Source: Candidatus Xenobia bacterium
Lineage (GTDB): Bacteria > Vulcanimicrobiota > Xenobia > Xenobiales > JADMJV01
Reading direction: 5' to 3'
DNA length: 64,000 bases
Assembly (NCBI GenBank): GCA_037968995.1
Contig: JBBKWP010000282.1
Coordinates: forward strand, 4,426-68,425
A program made the translations under genes and the position numbers. This document shows positions 16,665 through 25,432 of the stretch, piece by piece (positions within the stretch are counted from its first letter, which is position 1; each line of letters opens with the position of its first letter). The notes under the pieces are model-generated. The model was not told the DNA's origin. It searched no databases and was given only the letters and a program-made list of their open reading frames with translations.

Positions 16665-17648
16665 CTAAACTTCGTAGATCCCGAGTTCGAAGAGTTGAGC
16701 CGTCATATGGCCCGGTAGAACTTGGTCGAATCGCTGCTTGGGAGGGGCAGACGCCAACTCCATCATCTTGCGAGGGTCCAGGAGAAAATTCTCGTCTTTC
16801 TTTTCCGCTCGGAAGGCGTTTCTTTCCTCAGACGCTGCGGCCGCGAATTCTCGCTCGAAGTCCAGGATGTCCTGATGATCGCGACTGCGCTCCTCAGCCG
16901 CCATGTGCCGTTGTTCCATTCCACGCATGTCCTTCATGCCCATCTCCACGGCGGACTGAATTTCGCTGGTGGGAGGCATTTCGGTACGCCATCTCTCTTC
17001 GTCTTGCTCTTGCTGGAGCTTCAGGGCTTTCTTCTTTCCGCTGACAATCATTCGACCGAGTTCTCCCTGGACAGCCGGATCGGCCAGTTGACCCGCATTC
17101 TGCTGCAGAAAACTGCGCGCGCGATCGGCTTCACTTTTGGTGAACTTGTCGATCTGGGCACCGTGTTTATTCGCCAAGCTCAATCTGTTGGCTGACTCGA
17201 AGCCTTCTCGGGCGGACTTGAACGGGGTGGTCTCAGCGCCGTTCTTCACTTTCGGTTTTCCCCCGTCATCGGTGAGGACTTTTCCTTTTCCGTGACTTCC
17301 GAACTCGGTGTCGTAATGATTTTCCTTAAAAAATTCGTCTTTTAGTTTGCTGAAATCTTTGCGCATGGAGGACTCGAGGCCCATGCGTTCTTGCAGATTT
17401 CCGGTTTGCAGTTTATGAAGACCTTCGTAAGCCTTGTCCGGATAATCGACATGAATGGAGGTGGACGCGCCGCCAAGGATTCCGCCTCTTTTGATATCCA
17501 AGCCTTTGCTCATACTGGCCTTGAGTCGATCAGCCTGCTGCGCGGTCTGCTGCTGCATCTGATTGAGTTGCCCCTGCTGCTGCTTGACTTGCGAGGCGCC
17601 TTTTATGGTATTGATGATCATTCCAATACCCATCACTGCCCACATCAT
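16665..17648 (-). CDS. Hypothetical protein with N-terminal membrane anchor and Q-rich segment
   Basis: 327 aa. 'MMWAVMGIGMIINTI' is a TM-like helix, followed by 'QVKQQQGQLNQMQQQTAQQ'. The rest is charged and helical. GGAGG lies about 9 nt upstream of the ATG. No family recognised. Confidence 0.5.
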   Translation of the reverse strand: MMWAVMGIGMIINTIKGASQVKQQQGQLNQMQQQTAQQADRLKASMSKGLDIKRGGILGGASTSIHVDYPDKAYEGLHKLQTGNLQERMGLESSMRKDFSKLKDEFFKENHYDTEFGSHGKGKVLTDDGGKPKVKNGAETTPFKSAREGFESANRLSLANKHGAQIDKFTKSEADRARSFLQQNAGQLADPAVQGELGRMIVSGKKKALKLQQEQDEERWRTEMPPTSEIQSAVEMGMKDMRGMEQRHMAAEERSRDHQDILDFEREFAAAASEERNAFRAEKKDENFLLDPRKMMELASAPPKQRFDQVLPGHMTAQLFELGIYEV

Positions 17649-17752
17649 ATCTTGTTGCCTCCGAAAGAGATTTGGTTCATAGTTACATGGTAGCTCATGA
17701 CTCGCGCCCTGACAACAGGACGGAGCTCTAGCTTCAAGGAAGTTTCGACGCC

Positions 17753-18622
17753 GTGTACAGACTGTCCCGCATAAGACTAACCGTTCTTTTCGTCGCCATT
17801 GGTTTCGCTTTCTTCCCTGTCCTCGCGGATACCGGTCGAATTCTCTGGACGCAAAAAACTGCCTGGGGAGAAATCCGGGTGCGCCAATCCGCCGATATTC
17901 GTCGGCTCTTTTTCCTGGATGGCACCTCGGAGACCGAAGAGTCGAGAATGTCTATCAAGACGCCCCATCGTCCCGTTCTTAAATACGTCCAGCAGATGGT
18001 AGCGGCCACCTCCCTGTGGGAGGCCCAAACTCAAGAAGATTCCAAGACCCTTCGCTTTCTGGTTGTGGGCTTGGGAGGCGCCGGACTGTCCAACGCCTTG
18101 GCTCATCTCTATCCGGAGTCTTCCATCACCTCCATTGAGATCGAACCCGCCGTAGTGGAGGCCGCCAAGAGATTCTTTTTTTACAAAGAGTCTGAGCGAC
18201 ACGTCACGGTCATCGACGATGCCCGCCACTTTCTAGAGAACGACCACAGCGAATACGACGTTATCTATCTCGACGCGTTCGACGGGAGCGAAGTGCCGGA
18301 GACGTTACGAACAGTTGAGTTCCTTAGTCTTCTCGACCAGCGTCTCAAGCCCCGAGGCGCTGTGATAGCCAATGTCCACCTAGTACCCCAGGAAGCCAGC
18401 CAACGCTATCGACGGTCGCTTGGAGAGGTCTTTCCCTCCGGGTTTCTCACCAAAGGACTGGCCCAGGGAGTCGGAATGTATGGACATCAGGAATTCCCCC
18501 GACTGCCCGCGGGCGCTCTTCAGATAAAGCGCTTCCAGCTTCCCCTCGACGACCTTCTAGAAACCAGCCAGCCTGAAGACCTAGACGACGTCGCCCCGTT
18601 CCACGACGAACCCCCGCCGTAG
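17753..18622 (+). CDS. Spermidine synthase-like (PABS/class I MTase fold) protein with N-terminal signal/anchor
   Basis: 289 aa. The hydrophobic N-terminus is 'LTVLFVAIGFAFFPVLA'. 'FLVVGLGGAGLSNAL' replaces GGGDGG. 'IEIEPAVVEAAKRFF' and 'YDVIYLDAFDG' are also present. Confidence 0.55.
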   Translation: MYRLSRIRLTVLFVAIGFAFFPVLADTGRILWTQKTAWGEIRVRQSADIRRLFFLDGTSETEESRMSIKTPHRPVLKYVQQMVAATSLWEAQTQEDSKTLRFLVVGLGGAGLSNALAHLYPESSITSIEIEPAVVEAAKRFFFYKESERHVTVIDDARHFLENDHSEYDVIYLDAFDGSEVPETLRTVEFLSLLDQRLKPRGAVIANVHLVPQEASQRYRRSLGEVFPSGFLTKGLAQGVGMYGHQEFPRLPAGALQIKRFQLPLDDLLETSQPEDLDDVAPFHDEPPP

Positions 18623-18632
18623 AAATGCAAGT

Positions 18633-21386
18633 CTAAGATTCGCCTTCATCGGCCAGACGCAGCCCCAAGGGCAGGGAGTCTCCGTAGAGCGCGGCGGACT
18701 CTTCTCTGGTTCGAACCGACTCGCCCCGCAATTGAGCCAGCACGCGCTCTCCCACACTTTCAGCCACTAGCGAAGATTCTACGCGGTCCCAAAGATCTGT
18801 TGCGAGGTCTCTGAGCGGGTCCCCGCAACGGGCCGCGATGGTCACCAGAGCCAGCTTCCCAAAGCTAGTACTCTGCCATCGTGACTGTAAGATACTCTCC
18901 ACCACGGGCGCCACCTCGGTGCCGGAAATCACGTGGCCGACAGCGCTGGGGTCCAAAGGCTTGCGGGCCGCCAAACGAGCCAGCAACCAGAGTTCCTCAC
19001 GGCCGCCGTCCAACCGTTCACAAAGCACCTTGGCCAGGGCCAATTTCTCGTCGGTTGAGATGCGCTCCAAACTGACCGCCATCCGCAACATCTCTTTAGC
19101 GTCCTCTTTGCCGGGATTGCCTTTGTTGCGCGTCTTGATGTGCTTTCGACCCGGCAAGTAAAGAGGATGCACTTGGTCCCAGAGATGGGACTGAGTCTCG
19201 TCGCGCAAGCCGGCGGCAACCCGGCGCCAAAGGATGAAAAACTGGGCCTTCACCGCATCGTCTCGGGAAAACTGAAGCCAAGCTTGCAAGAGCTTCTCTA
19301 ACTGCAGAACTCGCCACTCGTCGAGAGGCAGACCGAAACCGGGTCGCAAACAGAACCCGATACCGTTAAGCCAGGCCGCTTCGTACTCGGGTTCCACCCG
19401 GCGCCGGGACTCCATGGCCCAGTAGCTGTCCCATAAAGTTCGCAGCACGACCGAAGGCCACTCGTCGCGGGGCTGACCCAACACAGTCTCGAGGCCCAAA
19501 AGAAGATTCTTGGGGCGGGTCGGCGCGGCTTTCAACTGTTTCGGTTTGTAGGCAAACGTCTGAGCCACTAAGCGGCGCGCTTCCTCTACCTCGCTTCGGG
19601 CCAGGTCCGCGGACGCAGAACCCGCCACACCGTCTCGCACGGAGAACTCCAGACGAAACTCGCCCTTTCGCTCTCCTTTGCAACGGATATCTAAGGTTCC
19701 CACGGGAGTGACTTCCGCCTCGAGATGAACCTTGATCTCCTTGTCTTCAGCTCGCTCGAGATCCACCCGGGTCTGTAGAGTTGGTAGCGGCACGAGATCC
19801 GAGAGTCCGACCAGCACCCCCGCTTCGTCTTTCGGCCGCATAGACGAGGAAAAAAGTGGAAATGCCACCGGCTCACCGACTCTTAGGACAAGCTTAGGCT
19901 CCGGCAAGGTCACCAACTGTCCCTCTCGGGTAGAACTGGGTATCACGCAGACCGCCTGTCGGTCGGCTAAGCCTAAATAGTAAGAGCGGGCGGTCCCGCC
20001 TTCGACCACTAAACCATCGGTCAAACGCTGATGGCCGTACCAGGCCGCTCCCCTCGCAACCGCTAAATGTGCCTCTTCGTTCTCCAGTTCGACAACAGGT
20101 GCATCCCGTCCCAACTCCCGATTCCACTGATTCAGAATCTCAAGCACTCTCTGACGCACGACTCCTGAGGCGCAGGCGCCGCCGTTGAAGAGAACTCGGG
20201 TGGGGAAATGGTCCTCATGGGCATGAAGGAAGCGACTCAGGTGTCTTGGGATAGCCGGATCCGACTCAAAGGGTAGTCCCAACTCTTTGAGTCCTCGCCC
20301 ACCGCCCTTCAACAGTATGTCCTCATAGTCGAGGCGGGGGAAAAAACCGTCAAGCACCAGATTCAACAGTTCCGCGCGCTCGATCTCGGCGGAAAGCGCT
20401 CCGCCCAGCAGCTTAGAACCACTCCCGGGCACCACGACCGTAGCGCGGTCGGGGGCTTCATCGCCGAGCAGAAGCTCTTTACACGCCCGGCACTGCTGCC
20501 GAAGCACCCCCCACTGCAGACCGTTGAGCTTCTCGGGAAGGCGAGGCTCCACCGCGTACGCTAATGCGATGTCGAGGTTGTCTCCCCCTAACATCAGGTG
20601 GTCGCCCACCGCGACACGTTCAAGTTCGTCTCCCTGGGAGGTGCGAATCAAGGTGAAGTCGGTGGTTCCTCCGCCGATATCGCAAACCAGCACGACGTCA
20701 CCTGATTGAAGATGTTTTTTCCAGTCCTTGCGTCGACGCCAGAGCCACGAATAGAAAGCCGCCTGCGGCTCTTCCAAGAGACGCACCGGAAGACCCACGG
20801 AAGCCGCTGCTCCGGCGGTCAATTTGCGAGCCAGGTCGTCAAAACTCGCGGGAATCGTCAGCACCACTTCACTGCCCTGCAGAGAGTCCTGGGGGAACCG
20901 GTAGTTCCAAGCCTCTATGATGTGCTCGAGATAGCGTGTAATAGCCCCCACAGCCGAAACCGGTTGGAGATCGCCGGCCCGCTCCCAAGGCAACATACGT
21001 TCGGTGGGATCCACATTGCGATGAGCCAGCCAGGATTTCGCCGAAACAACACAACGTCCGGGTACACGCGAACCCTGAAATCGAGCGAACTCACCCACCA
21101 AAAACGAGCGTTGGGGGTCCCAGGGGAGCGAAGTGGATTCCGACGGGAGTTCATAATCGCCCGGTAGGTAGAGAAAGGATGGCAACAGATCCCGTTCGCC
21201 CACCTCCACCGACGAGATCCGCTGGGTGATGGGAACAGTTTCCAGTCGATTCCCTCTGGGTTCGAACCGCGAGATCGCCGTGTTGGAGGTTCCAAGATCG
21301 ATACCGACGACTTGACGGCCGGTCACCAAGATGTCATTCCTCTTCGTGTCGAACGTTGAACTCGAGCTTCCAACGTCCCGGACCAT
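18633..21386 (-). CDS. Hsp70-family ATPase, long form (about 900 aa) with about 320-aa C-terminal extension
   Basis: Hsp70 ATPase motifs 'VVGIDLGTSNTAIS', 'VCDIGGGTTDFTLI', 'MLGGDNLD' and 'VLFNGGACA' are present. The beta-rich C-domain is paralogous to that of the neighbouring Hsp70. The ATG 21386 start overlaps the upstream gene by 53 nt; TTG 21329 or GTG 21326, just after that gene's stop, are alternative starts. Confidence 0.8.
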   Translation of the reverse strand: MVRDVGSSSSTFDTKRNDILVTGRQVVGIDLGTSNTAISRFEPRGNRLETVPITQRISSVEVGERDLLPSFLYLPGDYELPSESTSLPWDPQRSFLVGEFARFQGSRVPGRCVVSAKSWLAHRNVDPTERMLPWERAGDLQPVSAVGAITRYLEHIIEAWNYRFPQDSLQGSEVVLTIPASFDDLARKLTAGAAASVGLPVRLLEEPQAAFYSWLWRRRKDWKKHLQSGDVVLVCDIGGGTTDFTLIRTSQGDELERVAVGDHLMLGGDNLDIALAYAVEPRLPEKLNGLQWGVLRQQCRACKELLLGDEAPDRATVVVPGSGSKLLGGALSAEIERAELLNLVLDGFFPRLDYEDILLKGGGRGLKELGLPFESDPAIPRHLSRFLHAHEDHFPTRVLFNGGACASGVVRQRVLEILNQWNRELGRDAPVVELENEEAHLAVARGAAWYGHQRLTDGLVVEGGTARSYYLGLADRQAVCVIPSSTREGQLVTLPEPKLVLRVGEPVAFPLFSSSMRPKDEAGVLVGLSDLVPLPTLQTRVDLERAEDKEIKVHLEAEVTPVGTLDIRCKGERKGEFRLEFSVRDGVAGSASADLARSEVEEARRLVAQTFAYKPKQLKAAPTRPKNLLLGLETVLGQPRDEWPSVVLRTLWDSYWAMESRRRVEPEYEAAWLNGIGFCLRPGFGLPLDEWRVLQLEKLLQAWLQFSRDDAVKAQFFILWRRVAAGLRDETQSHLWDQVHPLYLPGRKHIKTRNKGNPGKEDAKEMLRMAVSLERISTDEKLALAKVLCERLDGGREELWLLARLAARKPLDPSAVGHVISGTEVAPVVESILQSRWQSTSFGKLALVTIAARCGDPLRDLATDLWDRVESSLVAESVGERVLAQLRGESVRTREESAALYGDSLPLGLRLADEGES

Positions 21387-23088
21387 CGCGTTCGACGCAA
21401 TAAAGTTCCAGGGTCCCTAGTTCTGTGGCCACGGTCTCTAGCCGAACAGGAACGGATCTGGCATCGGCGCCTTCTTCCTTTAAAGTGGTGCCGATGGCGG
21501 CCAGTTGCTCGATCCCAACATCCTCCCACTCTTCGTGAACCTGTCCCACCAAATCTTCCGACTTCTGTGTCGCACCCAGAAAGGGAAATTCCACGGGTTC
21601 TCCGAGAACCAAGCCGAAGTCCTGATCCGGTACTTCTAATGAGGTCCCCTCTTCCATGCCTTGAGGCGCGACGCAGACGGCCTTGATGGGGGGTTCGATC
21701 CCAGGCACGGCCGGCATAGCGAGTTCCACACCGATGTAGTAAGCTCGAGAAAGCCCACCTCGAATGCGGATCCCGTGGCCCTTCTTCACCAAACCGTAGC
21801 GGGCCGCTCCTCTGGCCACAGCCAACTCCAAGTCCGTCCCCTCCAGTTGGCGAACGGGCTCCCCATACCAATGTTCCAGGATGTCCAAAAGTCGGGTGCG
21901 CATTTCGGCGGCTTGAAAGACACCCCCGTTGAAGAGAATGGCAGTAGGACGCCGATCGCCTAAGAAGCCCGAAAGGTGTCGAGTGATGGCGGGGTCCGAT
22001 TCATAAGGAAGTCCCAGTTCTGTCAGGCCCACTCTGCGATGACTGGTGGGCATGGTTCCAAGGTCGACCTCCGGGAAAAATCCGCCCAAAAGAACGCGCT
22101 CAGCCTCTTCGCGCGAGACGGTAATCTGCAGCGCTCCACCAATCAAAGAGCTTCCGCGGCCCGGAATGGTAATGGAAAACTCCGAAGGCTCGGAATCTCC
22201 CAAAAGCTTTTCCTTAGCTTCTCGGCATCCGTAGGTGAGAACTTGAAACTGCCAGGCGTCGAGTTTGGTCCCTTCTCCTTTGAGACGTTGGCGCACCGCC
22301 ATGGCTAAGGCCAGGTCCATATTGTCGCCGCCCAGCAAGATGTGTTGTCCCACCGCTACTCGCTCGAGGTCGAGATCGCCGTCGGCTTCGTGCACCTGAA
22401 TCAAGGAAAGGTCCGTGGTTCCGCCTCCGATATCGCAGACCAAAACCAAATCGCCTTTTTTGACCTGCTCTCGCCAACTGTCCCCGCAGTTTTCCAGCCA
22501 TGCGTAGAAAGCGGCTTGAGGCTCCTCAAGTAACGTCACCTGGTTCAAACCGGCGTTCTTGGCGGCCTCGGCGGTGAGATCTCTCGCGACAGCGTCAAAG
22601 GATGCCGGAACCGTCAAAACGACGTCCGCATCGTCTAAGGGTTCCTGCGGATATTCAAATCTCCAGGCCGACACGAGGTGACGCAGATACTCGGTCGAGG
22701 CGGCCACTGGGCTCATCGGCGTCAGGTCCTCAGCGCCTTTCCAGGGGAGGATAGGTTTACTTCGCTCCACGCCTTCTTGAGACAGCCAGGATTTGGCCGA
22801 CGATATGAGACGGTCCGGCTTCTTGGCGCCTTCCTTACGCCCGTAGACGCCTACAGCGCGCAAGTTGACCTCGTCCCAGGGCAGAGAAAGCTGTAAGGCT
22901 GACAGTTCGTGAGCACTCGGCAAGTAGAGGAAGGAAGGAAGCGTATTGCGACTCTCCACGACCCCGTTGTCAACAAGTTGAGGAATGCCGAAAACGCCTC
23001 CCTCGGGTGGGGCGTCCCCGTCCTCGCTCGCTTTGGCGTAAGCCAAGGTACAGTTGGTGGTTCCTAGATCGATTCCAAACGTTCTCAT
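21334..23088 (-). CDS. Hsp70-family ATPase, short form (no helical lid)
   Basis: Motifs 'MRTFGIDLGTTNCTLAYA', 'VCDIGGGTTDLSLI', 'LLGGDNMD' and 'ILFNGGVFQ' are present. The protein ends '..NVRHEEE'. ATG 23088 has GGAG 8 nt upstream; the ORF-track start is GTG 23106. Confidence 0.85.
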   Translation of the reverse strand: MRTFGIDLGTTNCTLAYAKASEDGDAPPEGGVFGIPQLVDNGVVESRNTLPSFLYLPSAHELSALQLSLPWDEVNLRAVGVYGRKEGAKKPDRLISSAKSWLSQEGVERSKPILPWKGAEDLTPMSPVAASTEYLRHLVSAWRFEYPQEPLDDADVVLTVPASFDAVARDLTAEAAKNAGLNQVTLLEEPQAAFYAWLENCGDSWREQVKKGDLVLVCDIGGGTTDLSLIQVHEADGDLDLERVAVGQHILLGGDNMDLALAMAVRQRLKGEGTKLDAWQFQVLTYGCREAKEKLLGDSEPSEFSITIPGRGSSLIGGALQITVSREEAERVLLGGFFPEVDLGTMPTSHRRVGLTELGLPYESDPAITRHLSGFLGDRRPTAILFNGGVFQAAEMRTRLLDILEHWYGEPVRQLEGTDLELAVARGAARYGLVKKGHGIRIRGGLSRAYYIGVELAMPAVPGIEPPIKAVCVAPQGMEEGTSLEVPDQDFGLVLGEPVEFPFLGATQKSEDLVGQVHEEWEDVGIEQLAAIGTTLKEEGADARSVPVRLETVATELGTLELYCVERDGPGRWKLEFNVRHEEE

Positions 23089-23152
23089 ACGATACTCTTT
23101 CTCCACATGGAGAGCCCTCTAAAACCTACAGGTTCAGTGCGGCTCGAACGGT

Positions 23153-23641
23153 TCAGTCGAGTTCGACTTCGGCGGGCAGCAAGATATCGGCAGCCCCCAG
23201 TACCGGCAATTGGTCTCTCTCCAGGCGCCAACCGTGATGCCGCAACACTCCTGAGAAAGGCGGGTCACCCTCGACCTTCCCTACCAGCGCAATTTCATGG
23301 GCGTCGAAACCCAATTCAACGTCTACGCGTTCGCCTTCTTTTTGCTCCATCACTGGAACCAGAGTGAGATACTGCTGCAAGATCTGCCGACAGCCCTTCT
23401 GCATGCCCCGAGCCACGGAGCCCACTTGAGCGTCAGGAAAGCCCGAAAGATCTTCCTGCAGAAAGTCGATAAAACGACCCTCCTTTTGGAAGGCAGCCAA
23501 AAGCTGAGCCGATGAAGACGTCGCTTTCACGGGCTCAGGTAAGGCCAACTGGTTCTCTTGCATCAACTCGGCAATCTTCTCAGACGTCGGGTTGTTTCTC
23601 AGGCAACGAAAGAATGCTTTAAAAGCTAGCGCCAATCCCAA
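23153..23641 (-). CDS. DUF2760-like protein (assignment from memory of the family, unverified)
   Basis: 162 aa. It has an amphipathic N-terminus 'GLALAFKAFFRCL' and a 'QKEGRFIDFLQEDL' motif. It lies between the TPR gene and the Hsp70 genes, the neighbourhood I associate with DUF2760. TTG start 4 nt after the TPR stop, with GAGGG about 8 nt upstream. Confidence 0.55.
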   Translation of the reverse strand: MGLALAFKAFFRCLRNNPTSEKIAELMQENQLALPEPVKATSSSAQLLAAFQKEGRFIDFLQEDLSGFPDAQVGSVARGMQKGCRQILQQYLTLVPVMEQKEGERVDVELGFDAHEIALVGKVEGDPPFSGVLRHHGWRLERDQLPVLGAADILLPAEVELD

Positions 23642-23645
23642 AACA

Positions 23646-25232
23646 TTAGCCCTCGGGAAGGTCTTTCATCCAGGCCCGATACAGTTCCGTTTCGTCGAGG
23701 CTCTCGATGTCCCGGAGATAACGTCCGGTGTGACGGGAAAGTCCCGCCGCGCGAGCGATCTCAAGAGCGTCTCGAAAGGCACCGACGGCTTCGGGATAGC
23801 GCTTCAGTTGTCGGTAAAGAATACCTAACTCATAGTGCGCCTCCGCACGCCAGGCTTGGGGACCCTTTTCGGGTAGCTCTTCGATGGACTCGAGGTGAAG
23901 CTTCTCTGCTTTCGCGTAATCCTTGGTCAGACGGCAGATGACGCCCTTTAAGGTTTTCAAAAACGCCAATTCGCGATCCATCTGCTGCTCGCTGAAAATC
24001 GCCTCGGCTTTGGTGGCGACTTCGTTGGCTTCAAGCGACCGGTCGGCCTTCACGTAGGCCTGCGCCAAGTCCATATAGACGCGTCCCAGGTTGATCTGGT
24101 CTTCCACGTATTGGAAAAGTCCGATGCTTTCCTTAAGATTTGTGATGGCCTCTTCGGTGATGCCGACCTGAATCAAGGACCGACCAAGGTTGCGGTAACT
24201 GTACCCGAGTGCGTAGTAGTTGCCGTTGCGGGACGAGATATCGAGATCTCGACGAAAATATTTGACGGCGGTCTCGTAATCTTCGCGGATCATATAGACT
24301 TGACCCAATTTACCGTAGAGGGTCGCCAGTTCAGAGTTGGCTCCAAGGCGACGACAGATGGACTCCGCCTTCTTGTAGGAGAAGATCGCTTCTTCCATCC
24401 GATTGTTCGCGGCGAAGGTGCGTCCAATGGAGTCGTAAACCTTAGCTTGACCGTACCGGCAACCGGCCAACTTGTAGATGCGCAGGCCCTCCAAGTGATG
24501 CTCGAGAGTCTGGCGGTGAGCCCCCCTCATACTGCACATCACTCCGAGATAGCGTCGACTGGCAGCCGCTTCCAAGCTGGGCTGGTCACCCAGGACGTCA
24601 AGAGCCTTCTGGAACGCCTCGGAGGCCGCTTGATTATTTCCTGTGCGAAAGTAGTAGAGTCCGAACTGAGAGTTATAAAGCGCGGCCAACTCCCGTTCCG
24701 CCGAATCCTCGGGCGTCTCCGGCACGAAAGCTTTGGCATCCAGCAGAAGGTTCTTAGCCTCTTCGAGCTCTCCGGTTCGTCCCGCGCTGGCCGCGATGTG
24801 ACACATCGCCTCGGCTTTCTTTTGCACCAGACCGAGTTCGTCTGCCACTTCTCGAGCCTCTTGAAAATGGTCTCTCGCCTCTTCTCGCTCCCCCCTACGG
24901 GACATAGTGACTCCCAGCCCCAACAGTGCCTCAGCCACAGCACTTCGCTCGTCGCCCTCAAGCTCAGACTCCACCACTCGACGGTACTCTCGCTGGGCTC
25001 GATCCCAGCGACCCACGACCTGGCACGCCTTGGCGTAGCGATTTCGCGCTTTGGCCACGTTGAATTCCCGACCGTCGCCGGAAAGCTTCTGGGCGGTCTT
25101 CAAGACCCGGTCGAAATGTCGCAACGCGGCCGAATAGTCAAGCCTCTTGAGAAGCTCTTCGCCTTGCTCCATCAACTCCTCGAAAGGACGTTCCTCTTCC
25201 ATCTTGGAGAGCAATTGTTCGGTTGTGCTCAT
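23646..25232 (-). CDS. Tetratricopeptide-repeat (TPR) protein, first gene of the Hsp70 operon
   Basis: 528 aa containing about 10-11 34-residue repeats with the A/G/Y/L TPR pattern (e.g. 'ALGYSYRNLGRSLIQVGITEEAITNLKESI', 'AHYELGILYRQLKRYPEAVGAFRDALEI'). No HPD J-domain motif. Confidence 0.8.
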   Translation of the reverse strand: MSTTEQLLSKMEEERPFEELMEQGEELLKRLDYSAALRHFDRVLKTAQKLSGDGREFNVAKARNRYAKACQVVGRWDRAQREYRRVVESELEGDERSAVAEALLGLGVTMSRRGEREEARDHFQEAREVADELGLVQKKAEAMCHIAASAGRTGELEEAKNLLLDAKAFVPETPEDSAERELAALYNSQFGLYYFRTGNNQAASEAFQKALDVLGDQPSLEAAASRRYLGVMCSMRGAHRQTLEHHLEGLRIYKLAGCRYGQAKVYDSIGRTFAANNRMEEAIFSYKKAESICRRLGANSELATLYGKLGQVYMIREDYETAVKYFRRDLDISSRNGNYYALGYSYRNLGRSLIQVGITEEAITNLKESIGLFQYVEDQINLGRVYMDLAQAYVKADRSLEANEVATKAEAIFSEQQMDRELAFLKTLKGVICRLTKDYAKAEKLHLESIEELPEKGPQAWRAEAHYELGILYRQLKRYPEAVGAFRDALEIARAAGLSRHTGRYLRDIESLDETELYRAWMKDLPEG

Positions 25233-25432
25233 GTCTTAATACCCTCGGTCCGCCCGCGATGCGGCGATTTTGTTGGCGCCTTCGGCGCAGGCTTCAAAAG
25301 TCTTACTGATTTTTTTTCAATGGTCAAGATTGACCGCCATCCTCAGTGCGTTCCGTCCATGAGCACCTGGCAGGTTCTAGACCTCTGAGGTCTCGACATC
25401 TGGCTGAGGTACTTGGATCACGCCGTGCTCCT

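Noticed and set aside
21323-21871. A 182-aa minus-strand ORF in an alternative frame inside the short Hsp70 gene (R/G-rich).
   Set aside because: It is an out-of-frame overlap with a motif-rich gene and has a low-complexity Arg/Gly composition. I treat it as spurious.
24111-25388. Very long antisense ORFs: 24111-25388 (+, 425 aa, opposite the TPR gene), 33088-34431 (-, opposite mfd), 10470-11072 (-), 44679-45308 (+), 49203-49838 (+) and 55094-55738 (+).
   Set aside because: Each lies fully antisense to a gene with strong family motifs. Their translations are R/G/S/P-rich with no recognisable motif, as expected for open antisense frames in GC-rich DNA.
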